Below the pieces are notes generated by a model. That model searched no databases, was not told the origin of the DNA, and was given only the letters and a program-made list of their open reading frames with translations. A DNA stretch of 57,044 nucleotides from Cyanobacteria bacterium P01_G01_bin.38 (lineage in GTDB: Bacteria > Cyanobacteriota > Cyanobacteriia > Phormidesmidales > Phormidesmidaceae): the NCBI GenBank assembly GCA_039180385.1, contig JBCDDJ010000001.1, positions 1-57,044 on the forward strand, read 5' to 3'. Made by a program: the position numbers and the translations under genes. Positions 35,962 through 46,500 of the stretch are shown piece after piece (position 1 is the first letter of the stretch; each line of letters begins with the position of its first letter).

Positions 35962-37086
35962 TTAGCGACGATAGGCTCTGCGATGACGCGAATAGCGAGG
36001 GGAACGAGCCACACCGCCCATCGCCCCAGCCCCCGCGATCACGCCCACAGCGCCAGTAAGCGAACCAAACACGGCCATACCTCCGCCTGATGCCAACGCC
36101 AGTGAGAGAATGGGGGCTAATAGCCCCAAAAAGAAAGGTGCAATCAGCGGGTGAGAATTCTCAGCGTTGAGTACCGCTAGAGAAACCAGACCCGAAAGAA
36201 TGTTGAAGCTCAGCTTGGCGACGGCAATCGAAAAAAAGCCAGTTAGCCAGGCCATGATTGGTTTTGCACCTACTGGCAATAGAGAGCCCCCGACTGCCAT
36301 CGGCCCTAAAGTAGCTGTTAGCAACATAGAGGCTTCGATTAGCCACTGAAAGGCAATGTGCAGCGCCATCAGAATGCCTCGGGTCGCTGTCTGAAACCCG
36401 GAGCCGATCAAGGCTCCACTGAAACGAAGTCCTGACTCAATCGCATTCTCACCAGCTTGGGCCTCTTCTAGAGCGCGGGAGAGGGCGTTGGGATTGCCGG
36501 TTCTGGCACGGTAGTCTTCGATAAAGGTTTGGGCTTCAGCGGCTGCTAGCTGAATGCAGTTAGCCCGTTCTTCTGGATTCTGGAGTTCGTAGCATTGGTT
36601 GCGTCGCTGGACAATCGTTTGCTCGACAGAATCTTCAAGAACCGCAATTTGATAGGCTTCTTGCAGACGGATATCAGCAGCGGTATAGGTCAGGACTTCT
36701 TGATTAATCTGATTGATGTAGTCACGAAGCGTCAGGGTGAACGCGGCTAAGCGACTGCCGTTGTTAGAAAGCAGCACAATTACGAGCAGCGGCCAGATAA
36801 AATCGGTGTAGGCGCGACTGCTTTCTCCTTCGACCATTTGTCGAGTCCACTGGGTGAGAAACAGCAGCAGGGTAGCTACCGCAAACAGAATGCCAACTCT
36901 CGCTAGAGCGAAGTAGAGTCCACCCTGGAGAACGCTTTCCCAAAGCTGATTCCAACTTTCGGCCACCGCTTCCGACGCGATCTGACCGCCTTCAATGATT
37001 TCGGCGGTGTCACGAGGAACTTGAGCGTAAGTGGATGGCCAGATTAAAAACATAAGGGCATAGACTCCTGAGTAAACCTGCATCAA
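35962..37086 (-). CDS. polytopic inner-membrane T4SS protein (VirB6/TrbL-like)
   Basis: 374 aa with at least 5 hydrophobic helices and a Gly/Ala-rich C-terminal membrane region. Position after VirB4 and the secreted protein matches virB6. Confidence 0.4.
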   Translation of the reverse strand: MMQVYSGVYALMFLIWPSTYAQVPRDTAEIIEGGQIASEAVAESWNQLWESVLQGGLYFALARVGILFAVATLLLFLTQWTRQMVEGESSRAYTDFIWPLLVIVLLSNNGSRLAAFTLTLRDYINQINQEVLTYTAADIRLQEAYQIAVLEDSVEQTIVQRRNQCYELQNPEERANCIQLAAAEAQTFIEDYRARTGNPNALSRALEEAQAGENAIESGLRFSGALIGSGFQTATRGILMALHIAFQWLIEASMLLTATLGPMAVGGSLLPVGAKPIMAWLTGFFSIAVAKLSFNILSGLVSLAVLNAENSHPLIAPFFLGLLAPILSLALASGGGMAVFGSLTGAVGVIAGAGAMGGVARSPRYSRHRRAYRR

Positions 37087-37110
37087 TCAGTCATGACGCT
37101 GAGGCTAAAA

Positions 37111-37833
37111 TCAAAAAAGACGGGTCTGGGCGCTGATTTGCAGGGTATCCATCGCGCCGCCCATCTGCTGTAGACGGCGAGCACGAGTTTCTTGATCGAG
37201 ACTTTGAGAAATATTGGTCAGATTGAGGTTGGTCAGCTGGCTATCCTGACGAGATTGCAGTAGCTCTGACTGAACCGCGCCAAGGACTTCTGATTCCAGA
37301 GAATTCTGCTGGGCCATTTGTTTGATCGCTTCCTGGGTGGAGACTGCGACCTGGGCAGAGTCGCCATGCTGCTGCACCTGACCGATGGTGTCTTCAATCC
37401 AGGTGATTTTTTCTTTTGTCGCTGTTTGACCTTCCTCGCTTAGGATGGAATCAACCTGAGCGCGAGTGAGCTGGCGATCCACTTCATTGGCGGTTTCTGT
37501 TGCAGCATAAACTCGGTCTGATTTTGCCAGATCGCCTTCGAGCGTTTCGATTATTTTGTCAGCGATCTCGGAGCGGGCCTGATTTGGGTCAATCAAACCC
37601 AGCTCACCCCGAACATTTTGGATGACAACGTCCATATCACCGGGCAGGGTCTCTAGCTGTTCTGATATGGTTTCTTCAATGTAGGTTTTGGCATCCTCAA
37701 ATGCCTGACGAAAGATACCGAAGATATCTTCAAAAAGGGTATCCACCTGCGAAGCAGCGGCAGGCTTTGCGGGGACTAATAGCAGCGTCGCTGCCAGGAG
37801 CGATCCGCAGACCAGACGAAATTTAGATTTCAT
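37111..37833 (-). CDS. secreted alpha-helical protein (VirB5-like position)
   Basis: Signal peptide MKSKFRLVCGSLLAATLLLVPAKPAAAS followed by helical Q/E-rich sequence. Confidence 0.35.
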   Translation of the reverse strand: MKSKFRLVCGSLLAATLLLVPAKPAAASQVDTLFEDIFGIFRQAFEDAKTYIEETISEQLETLPGDMDVVIQNVRGELGLIDPNQARSEIADKIIETLEGDLAKSDRVYAATETANEVDRQLTRAQVDSILSEEGQTATKEKITWIEDTIGQVQQHGDSAQVAVSTQEAIKQMAQQNSLESEVLGAVQSELLQSRQDSQLTNLNLTNISQSLDQETRARRLQQMGGAMDTLQISAQTRLF

Positions 37834-37857
37834 GACAAAGACTCCAATTCAAAGAGA

Positions 37858-40653
37858 TTAGTGAGAATTGAGAGGCGAGATAGGAACTTCGGGATGGGGA
37901 TTACGCTGAGCGACCCAACGTTCTGTTATTACCGAGAGTGGTTGTCCTGACTGGATGGAAGCCACTAAGAGTTTGGAGAATTCAGCCAGACCGGTAAAGT
38001 CGTTTGGACAATGACGCAGTACCAGCGTTCGTGTAGCCTGCTCATCGGGGTTGTTGGCGACAGCCGCAAGTTGAGCATAGGCCGGATAGTAGCGGCAGTA
38101 GGTATAGACGCCGTTGTTATCTAGCAACCATTGGCTGTAGACGCCCTCACGCTTTGGGAAAAAGCTCTCGCTGGCATTGCGGCTGATGATTGATCTGGGA
38201 TATTTGAGGATGCGCTCGAAGCTCTCCACCGCCATCGGCTGTACTCGACCAATTAGCCGTGTGGTTAGGTTCTGGAAGATTTTTGAACTTGCGGGAGATT
38301 TGTAAACCGTATCAGGATCTTGAGCAGAGAGAATAACTCGAATTCCAGCTTTGGCACCGTTGGCGCAGAGTCGGCCAATCAGGGCTCCAATTTCGTCAAA
38401 TTCAAACAGGATGGGGGCTTCATCAATAAAGAAGATGGAGGCGGGGGCTTCCAGGGCACGGCGCAGGGCGGCGGAATAGGCAGACAGGGCCAGGACGGCG
38501 GCATCTTCTTCGTTGGCGAGGTTGCGCAGGGCGAAGACCAACAACTGGGCATCGGTGGGGAAACTGGAGGGGGTGGAAATCGCTTTACCCACCCGGCTGG
38601 TGAGCCAGAAGCGCAGTCGCAGTTCAATCATGTTGAGGGCCGCTTCGATGTTGCCACCGACCCGCTGGAGATCCAGGCGATCTGCCGTACAGAAGTCCAG
38701 GAAATCGGCCAAGGAGGGGGTTTGCTGCCAGGCGGTGGAGCCCAGGCGACCTTCCATGGCAGCCAGGTAACGCCGCTGGATCTGGGCATCTTCAAAAAAG
38801 GCGTTGAGGGCCAGCACCAGAATGGAGCGGATGGTTTGCATCATGACTGAGCCATTGGCGGCTGAACCTACAATCATGGTCAGCAGGGCAGACTCTAGAA
38901 AAGATTGAAAGTCTTGATAGCGCTCTTTTCGCTCATCGGGCGACAGGTGGCGCAAGTCCGGCTGCTCGAACAGGTTGTTGGACTCGCGGGAAATATCGAA
39001 ATAGGCCCCGCTGATAAACTCGGTGTAGTCGGTAAAGGTGGAGGTGCCATCTGGTTTTGGGAAGTCCAGAGCGACCACCGGAAAGCGATAGGAGAGTGCC
39101 TGGGTGAGGATGCCAGAGACCAGAACCGATTTACCGGCTCGGGTGGTGGCGAAAAGCCCCAGGTTTTTATGCTGATTGAACAGGTCCAAGTGGATAGGGC
39201 TGCCCCCTTCCTCGGCGATTAACTCAAAGCCGCTGGTATCACAAGGCTGAGTTAACACCAGCGGCATTAGACCCGGTACTTCCCCAGTCAGGTAGAGCTG
39301 CCGACGCTTGAAAGGATTAGCCATCAGCGCTTCCCAAACAATCGGCAGCGTCTGAAGCCACACCTTCCAGGCATAGTCTTGCTCGCGTTCGACCCAGGCA
39401 GGACGACGGAAGCAGCTTTGGAGATAGCGACAGGCTTCATCGAGCTGCTCTAGATTGGATCGGTGTATCAGGAAAACTACAGCAGTGTGGATGGGTAAGG
39501 CTCCTTCAAAGAGTTCTTCCTGAGCTTCGATAGAGCGCTTGGCTTTCAGTTCTGCCGCAACATCGACAGAATTCCCTTCCTCTGCTAGATTTGCCGTCAG
39601 ATTGGATTGCTTCAACATCCGTTGAACGGCAGTCTTCACCAGCATTTCGTTAGCACGAGTTAGCTGGCAGAAGATTTCGGTATCGGCGACAGTATCGCGA
39701 GAAAGAACTTCCCAGAGATAGCGCAGTTGGGAAAACTCATTTGCCCAGCCGCCTGGTTTCTCCATGAAGGTGAGCGGCGCAACATACTGACCCTTAACCT
39801 TCACCCATTTTTGACCGGCAGTGGGAACTCCGGCACGGGTAAGGAGGGTGGTGCTGTGAACTTCAGAGTTAATCTGCTCGTGCAGTCCCTGATCGTTCAA
39901 GATGATCAGCTGAGGAATCTCAATCGGTTCACTAGCGTTAAACCGCTGCCAGAGGAGCTGCCAGAGAGCGGCCTCATCAAAAGGTCTGATGCTCAGGCCC
40001 ATCTTGTTGGAGAGTACCTGCTCCCACAGCAGAAAGCCATCGGTAAAGGCTTTGGTGATCACCGTTTGCAGGCGTTGATTTTTGGCCTGGCGGAGTTCGC
40101 CTGTAAAGGACTTCCACAGCGTTTCGCCTTTTGCGATCAGTTTCTCGATCAGATCCTGGGCACCTTCTGACCCGCTTTCGACGGTGTAGGTGACGTAGAG
40201 CCGCAGAAACTTGGGCTTGCGTAGACCTTGCTGGGTGAGCTGCTGGACGCGGGCTCGCTCTGCGGTGACTAAGAACTTTAATGGCTGGCTGGGGGCGCGA
40301 TCGCACAGCTCACCCAACTCTTTCTGCCGCGCCGCATCTGACGAAAAAGAACCCAAATGCAGCGTCAGTCGCTCATTACCGGGCAGATCCTTGAGCCCAG
40401 ACTCCAACTGGCTGAAGGCAGTTTCAATCTGCTCATCCGTCAGCGTATTGTGAATGCCTTTGCAATCAAAGCCAAACACGAAACATAGGTGCTCGCGATT
40501 TTTACCTTTGGTCAGAACGTAAGCCCCGACCTGCCGTCCGCGTAGCTCGACCCGCAGCAGCGCTGCCAGGTGCAGAGCGTCCTCGAATGGGGTCAGCGAA
40601 CCGACGAACTGACTGCCGAGTTTGAGTCGGTGTTTGCCGATTTTTTGTTTCAT
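37858..40653 (-). CDS. virB4: type IV secretion ATPase VirB4/TrbE family
   Basis: 931 aa. Walker A ATTRAGKSV, Walker B IFFIDEAPILF. A GAGG lies 10 nt upstream of the ATG, and an in-frame TGA lies 5 codons upstream. Confidence 0.8.
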   Translation of the reverse strand: MKQKIGKHRLKLGSQFVGSLTPFEDALHLAALLRVELRGRQVGAYVLTKGKNREHLCFVFGFDCKGIHNTLTDEQIETAFSQLESGLKDLPGNERLTLHLGSFSSDAARQKELGELCDRAPSQPLKFLVTAERARVQQLTQQGLRKPKFLRLYVTYTVESGSEGAQDLIEKLIAKGETLWKSFTGELRQAKNQRLQTVITKAFTDGFLLWEQVLSNKMGLSIRPFDEAALWQLLWQRFNASEPIEIPQLIILNDQGLHEQINSEVHSTTLLTRAGVPTAGQKWVKVKGQYVAPLTFMEKPGGWANEFSQLRYLWEVLSRDTVADTEIFCQLTRANEMLVKTAVQRMLKQSNLTANLAEEGNSVDVAAELKAKRSIEAQEELFEGALPIHTAVVFLIHRSNLEQLDEACRYLQSCFRRPAWVEREQDYAWKVWLQTLPIVWEALMANPFKRRQLYLTGEVPGLMPLVLTQPCDTSGFELIAEEGGSPIHLDLFNQHKNLGLFATTRAGKSVLVSGILTQALSYRFPVVALDFPKPDGTSTFTDYTEFISGAYFDISRESNNLFEQPDLRHLSPDERKERYQDFQSFLESALLTMIVGSAANGSVMMQTIRSILVLALNAFFEDAQIQRRYLAAMEGRLGSTAWQQTPSLADFLDFCTADRLDLQRVGGNIEAALNMIELRLRFWLTSRVGKAISTPSSFPTDAQLLVFALRNLANEEDAAVLALSAYSAALRRALEAPASIFFIDEAPILFEFDEIGALIGRLCANGAKAGIRVILSAQDPDTVYKSPASSKIFQNLTTRLIGRVQPMAVESFERILKYPRSIISRNASESFFPKREGVYSQWLLDNNGVYTYCRYYPAYAQLAAVANNPDEQATRTLVLRHCPNDFTGLAEFSKLLVASIQSGQPLSVITERWVAQRNPHPEVPISPLNSH

Positions 40654-40987
40654 CGCTGGTAAACCTCAGATATCGGGCATAGCCGCGACTCCAGGTGGGA
40701 GTCGGCACAAATTTGGCCGTAAACTTCCAGCTTTTGCCCCCGGTGAGAATCCACCAGGTAGACACGCCCCAGGCGGTAATGAACCCAATCGAAATCCAGC
40801 TCAGGTTGAACCCACGCCCGATCAGGTAAGCCACCCCGGTAATGCAGAACCAGGGAATGATCTGATCGGCAGGGATCGGCCCCAGGCGAGGCTGAGACCC
40901 CAGAATGGTATTGACTGGACGAAAATTGGATGGCATACCGCTCAAGCAGCCCTGAAAGTACGATTGGCTCTGCACCCTGAGCGTCAA
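40502..40987 (-). CDS. VirB3-like small membrane protein; its 3' end overlaps virB4 by 152 nt
   Basis: Two hydrophobic helices (IIPWFCITGVAYLIGRGF; WISIGFITAWGVSTWWIL) directly upstream of VirB4. The overlapping tail is Arg-rich and low-complexity. Start uncertain (alternative MPSNF... at 40936). Confidence 0.4.
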   Translation of the reverse strand: MTLRVQSQSYFQGCLSGMPSNFRPVNTILGSQPRLGPIPADQIIPWFCITGVAYLIGRGFNLSWISIGFITAWGVSTWWILTGGKSWKFTAKFVPTPTWSRGYARYLRFTSDETKNRQTPTQTRQSVRRFADPIRGRSAPGSAAAGRATRTAGRGLRSDQR

Positions 40988-41008
40988 TCAGCACTATGAA
41001 TCAGTGCA

Positions 41009-41590
41009 TTAACCAGTAATCAACGTGGTGAGGATATCGGCGGCGGTGACCGCAATGATGATGATCAGCGGCGTCCGCGCAATCGTTTGCCAGTCCTCAT
41101 CCTGGCGGGCGGAGTTGATCACCCGCACCAGCGAAATGCCCACATACAGCAGGAATAAGCCCCTCAACACGTTAAAGACCAGCGGGATGGCATCACCCGT
41201 GTCAGTGCCAAAGTTGCTTTCCATCCAGCTCTCGGCTTCACCAAAGAACTGAGCCTGGGCGGGATGGGCCATCAAAGTCATGAGTAGAAACAGCCCCAGG
41301 CCAGTCACCAGAAGGGCTCTGGCGATAAAGCGCTGACGCTGAATGAACCGTTGAGCTGGGGGATATCGGCGGGTAAAGGCCCTGCGCCAGGTGAAGCTGG
41401 TGCCTAAAACGACGGTGAATATCGGCAGCCACACCAAGCTATGCAGCAGCGCATCCACCCAGAAAAAACTGACAGCGATAGCCGTCAAAACTGGAATCAA
41501 GGCTTGAAGTTTACTATCAGTAACCCAATCGGTTGATTGGGTCGGCTTGAATAATTTACTAGACCGTCTTGGCTGAGTCTGACTGATCAT
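41009..41590 (-). CDS. putative T4SS pilin precursor (VirB2/TrbC-like) with a long leader
   Basis: First gene of the operon. An internal signal-like segment LLVTGLGLFLLMTLMAHPAQA-QFF is followed by about 95 aa with two hydrophobic helices, the usual VirB2 layout. Confidence 0.35.
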   Translation of the reverse strand: MISQTQPRRSSKLFKPTQSTDWVTDSKLQALIPVLTAIAVSFFWVDALLHSLVWLPIFTVVLGTSFTWRRAFTRRYPPAQRFIQRQRFIARALLVTGLGLFLLMTLMAHPAQAQFFGEAESWMESNFGTDTGDAIPLVFNVLRGLFLLYVGISLVRVINSARQDEDWQTIARTPLIIIIAVTAADILTTLITG

Positions 41591-42213
41591 TTTGACCTCC
41601 TGAAATCAGGTCAGAGCGCAGCGACTTTCAGGACTTAAAAAGGTGACTGTGAATGTAGAGTTTATTCACAGGATTTTTTTCAATATAGCAGTTGCTATCA
41701 GGCTGTCAACCATCAAAGATTCAGATAGATAAATCGCTGAATCTCAACCTCAAGGCTACTTCAGAAATGGATTCAGAGTTTGATCTCTTAACCTTGTGGG
41801 ACATTAATCATGATATTGAAGCCTTACCGTAAAGACATATTTAGAATGGTCTATTTGAATACTTAGAGTCAAAAAAAGCAGTCAGAATAAATTTAAAAAT
41901 ATAGTGCTTATAAACTCTGGGATCAAAATCGTATAAATCAATACATAATCAATCTTTTTGTATTCTCCTGATTTTTGTTTGCCATCTCTGTTAATTGATT
42001 AATCGCCTAGCTTCTCGTAGATTTCCTAATACCAACTTCAGCAAAATAGACCCAACTCGATCGTATTTTAATAGAGCTAATCCATATACTGACGTCAAGA
42101 CGTGTTGATGTCTTCTAGTAGATGCGTTTTAATGGCTGCATATCTGTTCCTGCCTCGGTCAAGATGCCCATCCGTTGAGACAGCTTTGAAAAAACGCACC
42201 GGGAGCAAGTGCT

Positions 42214-42978
42214 ATGAAGACATTAAGCTGCCTGTCGCTATCGGGGGGACAGGGTAAGACATCGAGTGCGTTGCTGTTGGGGCGATTGCTGGCTCATCAG
42301 CGCCATCGGGTACTGATGGTGGATGCGGACCCCCAGGCGAATCTGACGTTTTATCTGGGGCATGAGGTGCGATCAGATGCGCCCACGCTGCTGGAGGTCT
42401 TGAAGCGCCAGGTAGAAACGGCAGACGGGATTTATCCGCTGGCTTACGAGCATCTGTATTTGATCCCGGCGGATGAGGGGTTGCACAAGGCGCAGGAGTA
42501 TTTGGCCACCAGTGGGATGGGAGCGCTGGCGTTGCGGTATTGCCTGGAGACGGTGGCAGCGTTGTTTGACTATTGCCTGATCGACTCGCCGCCCCAGCGC
42601 ACGCAGATTTGTCTGTCGGTGGTGGGGGCGTCTGACTTGGTGTTGATCCCGGCGGAGGCTTCGACGAAGGGGGTGAATTCGCTATTACTCAGTCTGGATC
42701 TGCTGGAGGAGCTGAGGGCGACTCGGGCGTTTAGGGGACAGGTGTTGGGGGTGTTGCCGTTTCGAGATAAGTGGTTTGGGCGATCTCAAGCGACGGATAG
42801 TCGGGAGGCGATCTCAGCCATGCGACAGGTGGTGGGTGACATCCCGGTTTTGCCCTCGATTGTGGAAAGTGAGCGATATAAGCAGGCGATCCGGCTGGGG
42901 CGGCTGCTCTCGGAGATGGGTCATGCGGACCTGGAATATCCACTGCATCGGATTATTGAGCTATTGGGGCAGGCATAG
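42214..42978 (+). CDS. parA: ParA/Soj family partition ATPase
   Basis: Deviant Walker A LSLSGGQGKTSSAL. MVDADPQANLT and IDSPP motifs. 254 aa. Confidence 0.85.
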   Translation: MKTLSCLSLSGGQGKTSSALLLGRLLAHQRHRVLMVDADPQANLTFYLGHEVRSDAPTLLEVLKRQVETADGIYPLAYEHLYLIPADEGLHKAQEYLATSGMGALALRYCLETVAALFDYCLIDSPPQRTQICLSVVGASDLVLIPAEASTKGVNSLLLSLDLLEELRATRAFRGQVLGVLPFRDKWFGRSQATDSREAISAMRQVVGDIPVLPSIVESERYKQAIRLGRLLSEMGHADLEYPLHRIIELLGQA

Positions 42979-42979
42979 G

Positions 42980-43423
42980 ATGAATGAGGATGCTCTGGAA
43001 CGGTTAATGCAGCGGAAGCGGCCCAGTGTGCCCCCTCGAACGGATGCGCTGGTACCGACCTCGCCGGTTGTGAAGTCTGGTCAAGGGAATGACACCACTG
43101 ATGAGCCCCCAGGATATACTGACGCTGGTGTGTCTACAGGTGTTGACGTCAATATGTCTACACAGCATGATGAGACGGATTTGCCGCAACTGGTACGGAC
43201 GACGACGCGGTTGGAAGCGCATATTGATAAGGCGCTACGCCATCTCTGTATGGATGAGAAGGTGACGAAGGAGGTGTGGTTTGAGGCGGCTTATCTGTAT
43301 CTGGTGGAGCATCCGAAGGCGATGAAAGCGGTGAATGGGTTGGCGAAGCAGCGATATCAGCGGCGGAAACGGGCGGCGGATTTGAGGAAGTTGGAGACGA
43401 TGCAGAAGCGGTTAAAGGGCTAG
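42980..43423 (+). CDS. putative partition adaptor / centromere-binding protein (147 aa)
   Basis: ATG at 42980, 1 nt after the parA stop. Disordered N-terminus and a basic helical C-terminus (KQRYQRRKRAADLRKLETMQKRLKG). Assignment by position only. Confidence 0.35.
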   Translation: MNEDALERLMQRKRPSVPPRTDALVPTSPVVKSGQGNDTTDEPPGYTDAGVSTGVDVNMSTQHDETDLPQLVRTTTRLEAHIDKALRHLCMDEKVTKEVWFEAAYLYLVEHPKAMKAVNGLAKQRYQRRKRAADLRKLETMQKRLKG

Positions 43424-43571
43424 GATTTTTAATCCGCAGATACTTCTCATCTTCCAAGCATTCAAGGATCACCACAAAATGTAGAGATCACCAACACTAA
43501 TTCTTAATCTTGAAGCAGTAAGGTTTAAAGTTAGTTACTGGAACTTAGGAGATAGTAAACAGTGCATACTA

Positions 43572-46500
43572 TTAACCAGTTTCTTGTAATCCAGCCGCAA
43601 TCGCATCGATAGAAAATAGTGTGCCTCGCAACAATTCACCACGACTGTAGCGTGATTCTCTTCTACCCAAAGACACAGCAACATCGCGATGTTCTCGAAA
43701 GCGTTTAACTAGCTCAACTTGTAAAAAGCCAAGTGGAGCAATAGTTTCTTCTCGAAATTGTAAAGATCGCTGCAAGTCAGGATTGTCATCTAACAATTGT
43801 TCGTGTGATGTGATCAACAAAATTAGATCGCGAGTCAAATTATACTCGCTGACTATTTGCTCAAAAATTGCCTCGAACCGTTTTTGATCCTCGGGTTGGG
43901 ATAGTTGTTGTAAGTAATGATGAGCGATTCGCAAATTTACTTTGGCTAGAGCCATCTCACACTTCGAAACAACCATATGAAAGAATGGCCATTTGTGATA
44001 AAAGGAGCGTAACAGCTTTATATGCTCATCTGGTGCTTTCTCTAAAAAGCCTTGAAGCGCGGTGCCAACTCCGTACCAAGATTGAAGAGAAAACCGAGAT
44101 TGATTCCAACTGAACATCCATGGTATAGTCCCTAGTTCAGCAGTTTTCCCACTTCTGCTCTTCCCAAACTTAGGCCGAGAGCTAATTTGGAGTTGGGAAA
44201 TCTCATCGAAGGGAGTAACTCTATAGAAAAAATCAACAAAGCCTGGCTGTTCATAAACTAGATCGCGATAGGCAGAACTAGCACGCGCAGATAATTCTGT
44301 CATAATTTCATTCCAAGGTTGAATCTCATCATATCCGCTTGGCAGTAAACTTAATTGTAAAACTGCAGATGCGACACCTTCTAAGTTAGATAAGGCCACC
44401 TCTGGTAGAAGATATTTAGCAGCTAAATCTTCTCCTTGCTCTGTAATTTTTATTCGACCATCTATGACTTTCCCTGGCTGAGCAAGAATCGTTTCATGAA
44501 TAAGGCCACCACCACGCCCTATTGAGCCACCCTTTTCATAGAGAATTCTTAGAAATATGCCATGTTTTTCAGCCATTTTCTGTAGAGAATACTGTGCTTT
44601 ATGGATTTCCCAGTTACTACTGAGAAATCCTATATCTTTATTAGTTTCAGAATAGCTAACTAGCAATTCCTGAATAAATATTGGCTCTTCTTGATATGGG
44701 TCTTTGCCCTCTTTTTCCAAAAAGGTTTGATATAAAGGTAAATCAAACAATGTAGACATAACTTTTGTAGCTAGATTCAGATCTTCTAGTGTTTCAAATG
44801 AGGGAACAACCTGAATTGCACTATGCTCTGTAGCAGGGTTATAAAGACTGGCTTCTTTAGCAAGAAGAAGAGCTTCTAAGACATGACTGGCCCGATTGCA
44901 TTGAGAAATAATATATTTTTGACAAATTCCGAGACCAAATTCTTTTTGAAGAGCGGCAATCATGCGAAAGGTTTGAAGGCGTTCATTTGTTTTTTTAGAT
45001 AGAGGTAACATTAAAGCTCCCAAAGGGCGAAGAGACTTTAGTTCCGTTACCAACCACAACACTCGCTCCTCTTCAGTGAGCTCGTTATACCGACGAGGTG
45101 AAAGCTTTAGATATCCAATAATTTCATCTACGGCATTAGTATGAACAGAACAGTTCTGCTTTATGTCCAAATGTGCGAAACTAAACCCAAAAACTTCTAC
45201 TTGGCAGATCAAATCATTGAGCTGCTGACAAACCAAACCGGTGCCTTCAAGGCTCTGCTGAATCAAATATAACTCTGCTAAAAACTCTTCTGCAGAGCTG
45301 TAGAACTGGGGAGAAGTTTCTACTAAATTCTCTGCCTGAGTGTAAATGATCTCATGGAGTTTTTGGCTACGTTCATAGGTGTTGATCAAACGATGTTCGA
45401 TAAAGACCAATTTAAGCCGGTAGGGTTCCTGGCGATAGCGAATAGAATATTGCTCGTACACATCGGGTAGAACTAAACGATCCTCCTCTAGTGATTCGAG
45501 TATCGCTGAGAAAACCTCGCTCCAATGCAATGATGGGCTGAGCAAGCCGGTAAGCTTTCGAACAGAGTCGATATACTTTCGTAATACTAAGTTGCGCTGG
45601 TGACAAGCTGCTTTCCACGTGATTTCAGGTGAAACAGACGGATTACCATCTTGATCTGCTCCAACCCAGGAGCCAAGCCTGCAAAAGTTACGTTTGGGTA
45701 GACGCATATTGCGGTAATTATCTTTAAGTGCTTGATGAAAGCGTTGATAGAGCGAAGGAATTACATCAAACAGTACATCCTGAAAATAATGAAGTGTAAA
45801 ATCTACTTCATCTAATACATGGGGTTTAAACTGATGCAGCTCATCTGTACGCCACCAAAGCGTTAGTTCGTTTATGAAATGTTCTCGCAGATTTTTGACT
45901 TCTGTTGAGGACAAGGAACTTTTATTCATCAATTTCTCTTCGGCTCTATCGATTTTCCGCAAAATCTCGACGGTTTTCCGCTGTTTATCTCGAATTGTGT
46001 ACCGAAAAATCTCTGTTGGATGGGATGTAAATACTAGTTGTACATCTAATCTATCCAAAACTCGCTGCACTTTTTGAGGTGGTACATTCAAACCACGTAA
46101 TTTTGGAAACAAGACTTGAAATTGGGCACTTATTTCATTTCCTTCATTTATAGTACCTGACCTGAATGTATTTTCTTTCAAAGATGTTTTATATTGTTGT
46201 CGAATTCTTTTCTCGAAGCATTGCTCTACAATATTGACTATATGAAAGTAAAGAATCAGAGCCCTTATGAGTCGAATCATCTCCTCCAGACTGAGTTCCT
46301 CAACTACTTTAAGCACATCCAAAGTGCTCTCTTCCAATTCTTTGTTTTTTTGAGAGTATATTGATCGCAAACGTACCATCGAATTCAGTATCTCACTGCC
46401 ACATTCAAGGGCTACGACAGAGTTAACACTATCTTCAATGAACTTGAGAGGATGATTCAGGAAGAAAGGTTCGGTCGACAGACTTTGCAACGCTTCCTCA

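Noticed and set aside
40650-40994. 114-aa ORF in a third frame upstream of virB4.
   Set aside because: The translation has no hydrophobic helices and an odd composition. The 40502-40987 frame gives a plausible two-helix VirB3-like protein instead.
42776-42979. The long 215-aa version of the ORF downstream of parA, starting inside parA.
   Set aside because: The first 68 codons overlap the ParA C-terminus out of frame. The ATG at 42980, directly after the parA stop, gives a sensible 147-aa protein.
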